Part shown: in pieces, positions 11,867 to 24,148 of the stretch
Position numbering within the stretch: the first letter of the stretch is position 1
Layout: every line of letters starts with the position of its first letter
Assembly (NCBI RefSeq): GCF_018977255.1
Contig: NW_024704742.1
Coordinates: 62,684,001 to 62,748,000 of the forward strand
Length of the DNA stretch: 64,000 nt
Reading direction: 5' to 3'
DNA from: Callorhinchus milii
Lineage: Eukaryota
Position numbers and translations under genes: made by a program
The notes under the pieces: model-generated
Told to the model about the DNA's origin: nothing
Database searches by the model: none
The model's input: only the letters and a program-made list of their open reading frames with translations

Positions 11867-12769
11867 GTGCTATTTTGCATGCAGTGTGCAAAACTGTAAC
11901 GTTTCTTTTGCACTGCACATGCCCTCTACCACATGAAGCACCACTGATTCACAAAGGAAATGAAAACAGCAGCATTCCTCATGAATAAGGCCCACAGCCA
12001 ACACACAGGAAATGGCATCATCAGAGACCTGACCACTTGGTCTGGTGTTGATTCGATGGGTGTTACATGTTTTAAAAAATGACAGAAAGTTGCCTTTTTT
12101 AAACATGTGATACCAGCTCGTCAGCACCAGACCAGGTTGGTACATTGAGTTTCCAACATACATCGCGAGTCCACAGTATACTTGTACTATTAGGGAACCA
12201 AACTCAACCAGGACACATTCTAATGGGGTTGCCCTGTAATTTTATTGCATGCTTTCAAATTCTTTTAATTAGTTGGTCAAAAGGTACCAAATATTCATTG
12301 TGTTATTAATTTTCTCTTTGCAACAATCAGTTTCTGAGGTTGATGCGACGGCAGAACTGCATGAATAGATTCCAGTGCCATATCTTTCTAAACTGTTAAT
12401 TGTGTAATTCTGATATCAAACTGTTCCCACTTTATTTTTTACACACTGTCAACTACAAAGAGATACATTAATGATGCAGCATTGATTTAGTGCTAATGCG
12501 ATGCTAATTTGCAGAAGTAACTCAGTTGATCCAATGATAAAGGCCAGATCCAAACTGCAGGGTTTTACAAGTTCAGATCTTCTCTCTGACTGGCTAATAA
12601 TTCTGCTCTTTGTGTCGAGTTTCACAGACGCACAGGCAGCTACATAGATAAATGGTGCTCCACAGCAAGTAGTGAAAAAGTGCTAAGGCCAATCCTACCT
12701 TCGAGACATCCACCTCCTGTTTATGAGAAATGAGTGTTAAAGCCAAACCAGCTAAGCAATGGAGACATT

Positions 12770-12900
12770 GTGGCATATTGGTGTGGTATCTCCAGGACTC
12801 GAGAATGAATTCAGCTCAGCCACTTGGTAAACGTCTGTTGTCTGCTGACTTTAAGGCCTTTAATTAAAATGTAGGCAGTCTCACATATTGGATACTGCAG
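12770..12900 (+). mobile_element. LF-SINE-like relic
   Basis: GAATTCAGCTCAG...TCTGCTGACTTTAAGG...AAAATGTAGGCAGTCTCA resembles 36030-36230 and the recalled LF-SINE 5' half. Confidence 0.4.
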
Positions 12901-15059
12901 CCAGAACACTTAACAACTCATGTTCCATCATAAGCTGGTGCACAAATGCACTTAACAATGCTATTAAAGGTTGGCTGACATGGAAGAAATTGACACTGGT
13001 GTAATGGGGGAATCACTTTGAGAACACCTAATTGAAGTCTTAAAGACTATGATGGAAACTGGTAATGCTGATGAGATGAAGATTCAATCATCAGGAGACA
13101 CAAGTCACAAACCAAGCAGTTAGCAAAGAATTGTGACATCCTCCCAACATGAAAGGAGCTATACAAATGTAATTTTGTTGTTGTTGTTGTTGTTGATTGA
13201 AGTGCGATAAACTTCTTATTCAAAAGGTAATGAACTTACAAGTAAATTCATGGGATCACAAAGCAAACAGTACCATTGCTATCAACATTTCTATTATCAT
13301 AGCATGCAACTACCAAGATGGTAGAAGACAAACTAAATTGACCTTGGACATTTTTCATCTAGCAATTCCTATATTCCAATGTATGCAAGTGCCAATGAGC
13401 TGTATATATTTGGAGAAAGATGAAGTATAAGGATATTGGAAGAAGGCAAAGTTGGTAGAATTAAAAAGGTGGATGAATTTGTTGGACCTAATAATAATAA
13501 TCCTTGGATTTGATATAGCAGCTGATCATGTAATTGAGAGGTCTCAAAGCCCTTCAAGGGATATATTGTAAAGTGGTGTCACTGTGTATATTTTGTGAGT
13601 GAGTGTGACTACCAACCTGTGCACAGCAATGTGCCATAAACAGCCATGGAGTAAGAGACCAATTTTATTCTGGGGGTTGTTGCTCATGACAACCTTACTC
13701 CTAAAATGTGTCTGTTATGAATATATTGCTGAGGCTATAACTTTGTTGGGGTGGGGGGGTGTGGGGGGAGGAAGCTTTGCCCTGCATCCATACCATGCTG
13801 TAATTATAGTAATGGATGATGCTGACAATGGGTTAAAGATAAAAATTGGTCCGTTCGCCAGCAGTAACATCCCTTGATGGACAGATTTTTAAACAACAAC
13901 CAGTGCAGCTGGATTTTAATGTCATTATATTGTGATTCATTATGACAAATTATATTGAGTCTTCCAGTTTTGTTATCTAGAATTTTCTATTTTCTCCAAC
14001 TGCTCGAATACAGCTATTGTCAATTCTGCATATCTCCTTTGGCTGAAGGGATTATGTTAATGGGTCTTGGACTTTTCCTGACAAACTACTCCTTTGATCA
14101 AGGGATGGCTCCACTCCTTCCCAGGAGTTAGAATATTTATCCCCTTTTAACAAGTCCATCATGGAGAGGCCTTGGAAAGGATGCAGAGGAGATTTACCAG
14201 AATGGTACCAAGAGTGAGGGACCTTAGTTTTGTGGAGAGACTAAAGAAGCTGGGATTGTTCAATAATTTTGCATGATCTTAAAGTTTAATACGAAATAAC
14301 CTTACAGGCAAAAACTAGGTGGAATTCTGTGCTTCCAATTTGTACTGCACTTTATGCGGCAAATTGCTGCAGAGGAAATGTGATTTGCCACCGCATGTGC
14401 AATATCAACACAGCATGTGTGTTTATCATAGCAGGGACTGTGCCTGAGCAATGTAAAATTTATCAATCTTACCATGGCACTGCAGCCCTTCACTGGAAAT
14501 AGAATCTCATTCTCACCTCAACTTCTGCAGTACAAGTAATCTCCTTATACTGAGCATCTTCTTGATCATTCAAATTTCAAGGCTATTTCTCCCTTTCATT
14601 TATCTGTGTTAAGTTTGAGGGCCAGAATTATTCAGAGATAGTTCAGTGAGCTGCAACACTATTCATGAAATGCAAGAGTGGAGAAGGGAGTTGGTTAGGA
14701 ATGAAAAGTGTACTATTCATTGTGCTAGATTATGCAACAATGTACTAATTATCACATCAAATAGCAGATTTTCACCCAGGTAGAAATATTCAATGCTAAT
14801 AAAATCAAAACCACAATATTTTTATCTGTTTTCACATGAGGGAAATTTATTAGCTGCATCTAATAAATTCCTCTCATATGAAAATAGGTGAAAAGATTGT
14901 CATTTTGATTTTAAATATATTAAGACTGTTACAATTTAATTATTTATGAAAGCCTACATAAATAACAACAAACAAAAATAATTAATAATTATGCACTCGG
15001 AAGCTCACAAAATCTGAAGTAGGAAAAGTCCAAACCCATAGGGACAAGCTATTATAAAC

Positions 15060-15265
15060 TTCCCCCATGCTCGGGCCCCAAACAGTTGACTGTTTAGCGC
15101 TTTGGTATGTCCTCCCGACATGAAAGGTGCTCTATAAATGTAATTTTATTGTTGTTGTTGTTGTTGTTGTAATTTGCCTACAAATTATAAAATCATTACA
15201 ACAACAACAACAAGATTACATTTGTATAGCGCCTTTCACGTTGAGAGGAAGTCCCAAGGCGCTGG
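15060..15265. mobile_element. Two L2-type 3' ends, tail to tail
   Basis: Plus-strand tail ending (TTG)n at ~15170; minus-strand tail starting (CAA)n at ~15198. Confidence 0.75.
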
Positions 15266-17333
15266 GACTTTTACACAAATGACACTTTTCAGAGACACTC
15301 CGTTAGGAACTTTGAGGCATTTCAATGTGATAAGGCCTAATATCAAATGCACAGATAATTATTATTGCTATTAAAACTGATGGCATACTACCAGAAATCC
15401 TTCTTTCAAAGATTAGAGTAATGGGGAACTGATAATAGCGGAATTTGAGTGAAAAAAGAAAATTGTGGAAAACAAAGCTGAGTTATCCATTGTTAGCCAT
15501 TTTACCTGTGGTAATGATGAGCTTTTTATTTTGACTTTAGTGTGAAGACATATTTGCCTGTCACACTAATTAACACGGCAACACCTCTGGACTTTCAGCA
15601 AATGTTAATGTTCATCTGGTTTGATGTAATGTAATGATTTGTAGCACCAGATATGAATGTCCCGGTCTGAGTTCAGATGTATTAATCCTTGCATCTCACA
15701 TATCATCTTATGTCAATGAGACGTCTCAAAACACTTCACAGAATATACTGTAAAGTGAATTGACTTTATAGTTTGTGGGCGAATGAAATCAAGAGAATTG
15801 ACAATAACTGAATTTGAGTAGCAAAGGAATGAAGTATGGCTCTTTTGACTGACAAATGGAAATCCCAGTCTTGGTAGCAATTTGCCTTTTGAGATTGTCA
15901 AATCGGGATCCCTTTCAAGAAGATAACTAAATGGCCACTTAGATGGAGAAAAACAATTGCAAAATCTACTATTGTTATTTCATTTGTACCACATGCTAAT
16001 TTCCACTGAAATGTCAATTACATTTTTATTATTAAATAAAGTGACTTTTACGAGTTGGCAAATCACTAGTGTATGAATGCTTTGTTCTTCTATCTCAGCT
16101 TGTATAGCAGTTTCCGTAACTTTGATGTGTTAATAAAACAGCCAAATTGAAATTATTTTTAACTCCACTTGCAGCCTAATTACAAATGTAACAAAGGAGA
16201 GCAGGCTGAATGCTCTATGTCAATGCTTTATGTCAATTTAATAAGACGTGTACATCTAGCGGCAAATTAAAGTGTCAAGTAACATTTCAGGAAAGTTAAA
16301 ATGCTGGGACGTTTCAAAAAGTGGAATTTTCCTCTGATGAACAGATGAAAAGGTTAAGTGAACCTTCCACCTTTGAAATACTACATTTTCAAAGCAGTTT
16401 CCAGAATCTGAACAATCTTGGAAAAAATAGAAACCATGTACCATTCTTTATTTTGCAAGTTATTATGCGAGCATTTTGTGAATGGTAATGAGGAGAAAGG
16501 GCTGTGAAATACAAAGAACATTTGTTAATTAAGATGAAATTGTAAATCACTTTTATGTCAAGTAGATAACAGACGGAAGCAAATAATTTGCATCCCGCAG
16601 TAAAATAGTGAGAGCGAAGCTTAATTGGTCAGCAGCTCAGGAGGCCTGTGTGTATGACTAGAGTTTCACTACCTTTCCTCAAACAGTGGTTAGTTTTTAA
16701 TGCCATAAAAGAGCTATGTGCATAGCTAAGCCCTTCGATAATACTAAAAGCATCCCAATAATAGGTTTTACACGTGACAGTTTAATGCACCACCCAAGAA
16801 CTCTTAAGGCATTATTTCTGAATTAAGGCCAATTCACACGCTTTACATTATCTATATTTTTTGCCTTTATCAATATTTTCATTAGAATTTTATCTCCTCT
16901 CCTAATGGTTTTTGATTTCACTTGGGCACAGTTTCACAGGCCCAACTTTCCCTTCTTGCACCTCTTCTCAAATGGTTATTATACATATGTGAGCTTTGAT
17001 AGTGAGTGCTGGCAGGCAATTTGACTGTAGAGAAGATGAGAGTGGCGGGGAGGAAGACAGTTAGAGTCAAGACATTGCCTTCCAGCATTTCTGTGTGGAT
17101 AGCAATCATATGAGCAGAAATTCTGGCTGATTTTGCTCAACATATCCCAGGAGAGCTAAAGCCAATTCTATCACCACAACTGCTACCCTGGCTAGGTCAA
17201 ACTAACTCAGCACACATTGGCATTCCTGTCTGTATTGTCATGTTTGCTTTCCTGACAAAAAATATTTGCTGACGATATTTTCAGCAGGCGGGTTCTAATT
17301 GTTTTGCAACTTGTGACATCTCCCTAGATTTCC

Positions 17334-17696
17334 TAATAATAATGATCCTTGCATTCAATATAGCGCCTTATCACGTCTTCAAGATATCTCAAAGCACTTC
17401 TCAGAATATATTGTAAGTGAATTGAATGTATATTTTGTGAGCGAAACACGATAGCCAATTGCGCACAGTGGTGTCCCACAAACAGTCATGGATTGAGTTG
17501 CCAATTTTTTTAAAGGAATTATTTCCCCCGGAAAAGCAATCTGCCAATCGACTAATAACCAGGTTCCCACTTACTGCTAGGTAAACAGAGGCGTGAGGAG
17601 TAAGGAAACTTGCCCAATATTTCACCCTACTGGGAATCAAACCCAGGTCTCTGACTTGCGAGACGAGTGCTCTAACCACTGAGCTACAGGACTCAA
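17334..17696 (-). mobile_element. tRNA-derived SINE, long form
   Basis: Reverse head GCTCTAACCACTGAGCTACAGGACTC, long-form insert, Deu motif, (TAA)n tail. Confidence 0.9.
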
Positions 17697-19239
17697 CAAA
17701 TTAATGTGAATTTACAAAAATAACATAGCTCTTGCACATGATGGTCTGTTGTACTACCCATCTCAGAAACTCATGGGTTCAAGCCCTACATCAGGACTTT
17801 GAGGTTGTGGTCTAGGCTGATACTCCATTGCAGCCCTCGAGGATGCACTACATTGTCAGATTCGACGTTTAAACCAAATGTGGCATCAATGATGTCAGAG
17901 CAAAGCTTCCATGCACAACATATACAAAGTGGCATTACAAGTGACCTGACGACCCAGAAGATGAAACATTTTACGCATTTCATTGTACCGTGGTGGGGGG
18001 GGGGTCTGTGTTTATGGACTCAGACCACTGTATTAAGGCCATGAGAGGGTGAGGGCTCAGTCTGTCTTCTGAAAATAATTTTCAGAACATGTTAAAAAAA
18101 ATCCTTGCATTCAATATTGTGGCTTTCACATCTTAAAGTGCTTTGCACAAGTTCCTGTAAAGTCTAACGTTTTGTGGATGAACATGCCAGCCAATTTGAA
18201 CACAACAATGTCCCACAAATGGCCATGAAGTGAACAAGGTTTATATGCTGTGAAACAAACTGTCAAAAAAACTCTCCATTTAGACTGTTACATTCCCCTT
18301 TTAATTCTATTAATGCTTTTTTCTGTACATTTTTCATAAGTATTCTGAATTCAAAAAATAGAATTATTGTCACATTTGTACTTTTAAAATGTTTGTACTT
18401 GGGTCTCAATGGATTCATTGACAAAGAGGTTTCCAAGATTTACAGATAGTAGAAACCAGAAGAAATTAAAATTATCTGAATCAGTGTGATTAATAAGGAT
18501 GTCCTTTTGGATGACGGATGCCTGGCAGTGTTCTGCAACCATCTGGTTAAATATTGTCAGGTTTGGAAATATTTAGACATTATTGGGAAGTATGGCACGT
18601 GATTCTCAACTTGGTACATGAATTGAATTGAAATTTGGTCATTCAAACAACGACTGTTTGTGGGATACTTCTGTCTACAATTGATTGCTGCGTTTCTCCC
18701 AAAAAATACAGTCAATCCACTCTGCAATATATTCTGTGAAGTGCTTTGATACATCTCAACAATGTGCTAAGATGCTAAATCAAATGCAAGGATTATATTA
18801 TTATTTTAATTACATTGGATTGCAAGTGAAAATACAAGATTTCCAATGACATTTTTTCTTATTCGCGCAAATACTTAGCCAGAGGCTAAAACCTATTAAA
18901 CAAAATTATACTTATTTAAACACCAGTAAGGCGTTGTGACAAAATGTATGTCCTTGATATATTGGATAGTTTCCTAATTTAATTGAGAGTATGTTTTGTT
19001 GCCTGATACTTGATATATGTCTTAGGTCATGTTGCAGTGTTTGGGATCCAACTAGGTCTGCATAGTTATGAGCATGCTTTTAGATGTTTTATATTTACTG
19101 GATATCACACTGACAATGCAATATGGTTGTTCTGTAGTGTTAGAAACTCATAAGTCAGTCACACCATGGCAACAAGTGACTCATGGCTGACCTTTATGCA
19201 TGCAAAGCTCTATAAACATTGCCAGGGGTTCTTGGTTTC

Positions 19240-19375
19240 TCTACTTGCCCCTGGCCTTCCATCCTTCCCAATCCTGACCCCCAGGTCGGGTCCAAAACAC
19301 TGACTGTCCAGGGCCTTGGGACATCCTCCCGATGTGGAAGGCGCTATACGAATGTCATTTTGTTGTTGCTGTTGT
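19240..19375 (+). mobile_element. L2 3' end
   Basis: GCCTTGGGACATCCTCCCGATGTGGAAGGCGCTATA plus (TTG)n. Confidence 0.75.
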
Positions 19376-19395
19376 TCATGGCTTTCTTGTGAAAG

Positions 19396-19740
19396 TGTGG
19401 AGTCCTGTAGTGTATTGGTTAGAGCACTTGCCTCGCAAGTAAGAGGACCAGGGTTCAATTCCCAGGTGGGGCGAAAGCTTTCCTTACTCCACACACCTCT
19501 GTTTACCTAGCAATAAGTAGGAACCTGATTATTAGTCGATTGGCAGGTAGCTTTATGGAGGTAATAATCCCTCTGAAAATAAATAAAATTTTGTCATTCA
19601 ATCCACGACTGTTTGTAGGATACTACTATTCGCAATTGGCTGCTGTGTTTCACCCAAAAATATACAGTAAATTCACTTTATAGTATATTCTGTGAAGCAC
19701 TTTGAGATGTCTCAATGATGTGATGAGGTGCTATACCAAA
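19396..19740 (+). mobile_element. tRNA-derived SINE, long form
   Basis: TGTGGAGTCCTGTAG head, B box GGTTCAATTCC, CTCTGTTTACCTAGCAATAAGTAGG insert, Deu motif, L2-like tail. Confidence 0.9.
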
Positions 19741-20360
19741 TGGTTTTGGTATAAATCATTATTACATAATGCAGGCTGGTAGGTAGGTCACTGGCCATTC
19801 TAAGTAGCCTGAAATTTCACTTAATCTTAGATATAAGACCATTTTGTCTTAAAATGAGCAAATATGCAGAATTGTGGAAAATTTTTCAATTCAGTTTTAA
19901 TTTAGAAACTATAAGAACTTTTTTTAATAACAAGTACCAATGTGGGGCCTAAACCCACAACTTCTGATTCAGAGGCACGAATGCTGCCAACTATCCAGGC
20001 TGACACACATTAATGTCTCAATAGAAGGACGACACCTCCAACAATACAGCACTCCCCGTACCGCAATGGAATGAAAGTAGAAGCCAGACACCAGGTTTGG
20101 GTGAGGCAAGTTGATTTGAAATCCTGCAATTTTTGGGGAGGAAAAAATGTTGATATCGCATTGGAAAGTAAATCTGTGACCTTGTGCTATTATTATGTTT
20201 ATTTCAAAGTCTGTCAGTTACTTCAAATAGATGACATTGTCACAACTTCAACCTTTGCTCTGTTTTATACGCTCAGTAAAGGCTCAAGCTGCAGCAAGCA
20301 CATCCTTTCTGCACAGCTGGCAGACTTTGAAATAAACACAATAATAATGCTGTCAGGATA

Positions 20361-20495
20361 AAAATGAAAAAACTGCAAATGCTGAAAATTTTGCAATAAA
20401 ACCTAGAATTGATGGAAATCCACAGCAAGTCAGTCAGTACCCGAAGGAAAAACCTATTTAACCATTCAAAGTAAAATCCTTCATCAGCACTGAGG
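20361..20495 (-). mobile_element. Old Penelope-type short element with decayed hammerhead motif
   Basis: Minus strand CAGTG-CTGATGA-AGG... then CTGACTTGCTG and CAGCATTTGCAG, collinear with 51140-51276. Confidence 0.5.
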
Positions 20496-21245
20496 TCTGA
20501 ATAATATTGTGTAGCACCGTTGGACCTTTATAATTCAATGTTTTTTTTTGTTCATAAACATAATGGATTGCAAAGTGTTACCCTGCCTTTGAATGATCCC
20601 AAGTTTTGTTTTTGCAAGTGGTTTAATCCATTTTATACCACTTCTCCCCAGTTACATTATTTAACGTATGGTTGATTTATCCAATGCAATATTTATATAT
20701 TTATTAATTCATCTTCTAATTCACACAATTGTTAACTCATTGCATGTCCAAAATGAACTAATTTGTTGGGAAGGGAAGGTAGCTGGCTTTTGCTTACATC
20801 ATTGGCAGATATTACAAGCTCTGCAACATTCATGTAACTACAGCATTATTAATTCTGGGATATCAGTGTAATCATTGCCAGAAATTAAATATAGAAAGAC
20901 CTTTTACTTGACCCTCTCCATTACTAAAACAAATTTCACTTTTTCTTAATAAACGTAAATTGAATAGATGCTTGAGAAGAGTAATATGAAAAGTTATGGT
21001 GTCGGGGGGTGGGTGAACAGAACGGTGGGATTTGATAGCTCATGTGGAGAAAAAGTACCAGTGCAGTCATATTACCACTTGTTAATGTCTTACCAGAAGG
21101 ATGACACTTCTAACAGCGGAGTGCTCCCTCAGTACTGCACTGGAATGGTGATTAGTATATTTCAAAGAACAGGATGGGTCATTGTACAGACAGACACTTG
21201 AGGCATTCTCCTTAATACCTCTCCTCATTTTGACTTAACTCCCCT

Positions 21246-21620
21246 AACAACAACAACAACAACAACAACAAGATTCCATTTATAAAGCGCCTTTCACGTC
21301 AGGAGGACGTCCCAAGGCGCTGCACAGTTGGGTCATGACCCGAGCAGGGGGAAATGGTCAGGGTGAGGGAAGGGAGGGAGCAAGGAGGGGGGAAATGGTC
21401 AGGGTGAGAGGAGGGAAGGGAGGGAGCGAGGAGGGGGAAGAGAGTCGAGAGGGGAGCTGAAGGCACGGTCAAAGAGAAAGGTTTTGAGACCGGCCTTGAA
21501 GGAGGAAAGGGAGGAAGCGGCGAAGGCACTGGGGGATGGAGTTCCAGAGCCTGGGGGCTGAGAGGCTGAAGGCCCGACCACCGATTGTAGGGTGGTTGGG
21601 GCGGGGGACGTGGAGCAGAC
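21246..21620 (-). mobile_element. Young L2 3' fragment
   Basis: Near-identical reverse complement of ~49760-50125, including the duplicated CCCTGACCATTTCCCC unit; (CAA)n tail. Confidence 0.95.
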
Positions 21621-22429
21621 TCTCTGTACAAGACTCTCTGTACAAGACAGACCTGAGAAAAGCCTAATTTGTATAGTAACATTCCACCAAAGTGGAATTT
21701 ATGCAAAATTAAATTTTGAACTTCAGTCACAGAATGGTCAGATGCTATATGCTTTCCAATGTGATATCAGCATTTTTTTTCCAAATGAAAGTGCAGGATT
21801 TCAAATCAACTTGCCTCACCCTTCACTGTTGTCTGGGAGATTCATAATCCCCAATGTTTGAGGAAAGAGCTATGGGCGATGATTAATCAAGCTAGATCTA
21901 TTAAGTCTTTAAATAAGACATCTCAGAGGGGATCTTATAGAGGTGTATAACATTTTAAATTGGATTGAAAAAGTAAATAATAGTTTTGGATGCACCAAGA
22001 TAGTGGAATAAGGGGACATACCCCAGGAAGTATTTTTTTAATCCAGAGCATAATTAATGACTAGGATAAGTGGTTGAGACCAGGACCCTGGACTCATTAA
22101 AAAAAAGCTTGAAGCTGCAATGGGAAGACGATAAGCTATTCTGGAGGGATGAGATCATTTGGGCTGAAGGGCATTCCTCATCCAAATCAATCTTGTGATC
22201 TATTATGTGATCTAAATAGATCCTGAAAGATTTAAATCTAACAAAATGACAAGCGGAAAATCAATATGCAAGATCTTGCCATAAAGGTTTATAGCAGAAG
22301 AATGATTAAAACAAAAGTACAATGAATTTCTCCTATTGATTACAATTATCTACGGTTTGATTTGTTGAATTACTATAGTTAACTCCAGTGAAACTTAATT
22401 TTCCTTTCAGATCATTCAGAACTTTTCAG

Positions 22430-23040
22430 AACCACAATATTGATCAAGATTGACGATGACAAACTCAACACTGTTAACAACTTTACTCATCTGGACAGTA
22501 TTATCCCTCCAGTACTATATAGCAGATGGAGTAACAACAGCAAAGTTTGATGACAGAATCGGTAAAGCCAGCAGACCTTTTGGAAGGTTAAAAAAGTCTG
22601 GGATGAAAAAGATCAGAAACTCTTCACCAAATGCAAAATCTTGCTGTTGTTACTCCATCTACTATATGGCTGCAAAAAATGTCTATCTGCAGACATGTCA
22701 AAGAGGTTTATAAATGTTATATGAGATCTCTATGCTTTGTATTATACATAAAACAAAAGGAAAACATCACAAAAGATAAAGTTTTCTACAGAGCAAGTTC
22801 TGAAAATCAAGATCTTATGCTAACCACAGCTCAGATGAGGTGGATGGGTGATGTGCTGTGAATGCCAGGAGGTAGACTACTGAAAATTGTAGTGTAAAAT
22901 CAATCGAAAGAGGGAAACGTCGTATTGGAGGTCAGTCAAGTGATACAAGTACACTTAACACATACCTTCCCACCGAAACCTGAGGGAATCGTGCTAACAA
23001 ACAGACACATGGAAAAGAACAACATGATACCACCACAAAG
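22430..23040 (+). pseudogene. RTE-clade LINE ORF C-terminal relic
   Basis: Across frameshifts: IKIDDDKLNTVNNFTHLDSII, DDRIGKASRPFGRLKK, LLYGC, AQMRWMGDVL*MP..RL, GKRRIGGQ; typical RTE post-RT motifs. Confidence 0.82.
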
Positions 23041-23149
23041 AAAATTTGTAAAACAAGATATAACCAGAAAAGCTGTGATGGTTTGAATGGCTTTTATCTA
23101 TGCAGTAAATTTCTATGTTTATAAGATCTGACAGGATCGGTGACTACCT

Positions 23150-23400
23150 CGGTCGAATTTGTGAAAGAATGGCCTTATTGAAGATTATAAAACTGTCTTC
23201 CTAGTCATTGACAGAGACACAAATTCAGCTATTTGACATGAGTTCAGAGGGAACTAGATAAATACCTAAAAAGGAGACCATTACAGGGATATGGGGAAAG
23301 AGTAGATAAATAGGACTGAAAGGATTTCTCTTAAAAGAATCAACACAGACACAACGGGCCAAACGGTCTTCTGGACTGCAGATTTCTATGGTTCTATGGT
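23150..23400 (+). mobile_element. CR1 3' UTR fragment
   Basis: TTCAGAGGGAACTAGATAAATACCT, GGGATATGGGGAAA, tail TTCTATGGTTCTATGG. Confidence 0.75.
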
Positions 23401-23947
23401 TCCATTGAGTCATCACTATGACACTACCATCACATATGGTGATTTTGTGTATATTCTAACGAGTGAAGAAAGGGACACTGTTGTGATAGATTCTTAATAA
23501 TGCATAATAATATCAAGGCAAATTGAATTATTAATATTTTGAAATTAGAATACTCTGACAAAAAGGAAAGTATGATTTGTATGGTACCAACATCTGTCAC
23601 AGTGCCCTAAAATGGCCATTGTTTGGATTATTGGAAAGCAACAATGAACTAACTCTTTCATGCAATTGAGAGAGTTTCATTTGCAACATTGCAAGGTTTC
23701 TAATATCATAAGATCTGCCATGTGCTAACAATGGGAGAGGAGATCAAAGATCTACTGATAATTATTGAGGAATAGGAGCATGGGATAGTGTGGAGCTTTG
23801 GAAGTCCAGCTACCATGTTGCTGAAGTTCATTTAGTTGAAAATTACAGAGTTGTGGCTCTTTTTGCATATTGAACTTCCATGGGTTACATCTGAGTTGCT
23901 CTTTAAGTGCAGTGAGATGATCCCCAGGATTAAAGATGCATGTAAAT

Positions 23948-24148
23948 GCAAAAACAAAAACAGAAGTCGCTGGGAACACTCAGCAGGTCAGGCAGCATCT
24001 ATGGAGAAAGGAAAGTGAGTCAACGTTTTAGATCCACAACCCTTCGTCAGAACTGAGACATGTTGGGAGGGAGAGGCTTTTAAGGGCTAACAGAGAGGGG
24101 AAGGTTGTTTTCAAATTTCCAGCATCTGCAGTGTTTTGTGTTTTTTTT
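23948..24148 (-). mobile_element. Penelope-type short element with inverted arms and minimal hammerhead motif
   Basis: 23948-24056 is the reverse complement of 51140-51240; 24105-24148 (TTTCCAGCATCTGCAG) is the family's 3' end on plus. Confidence 0.7.
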
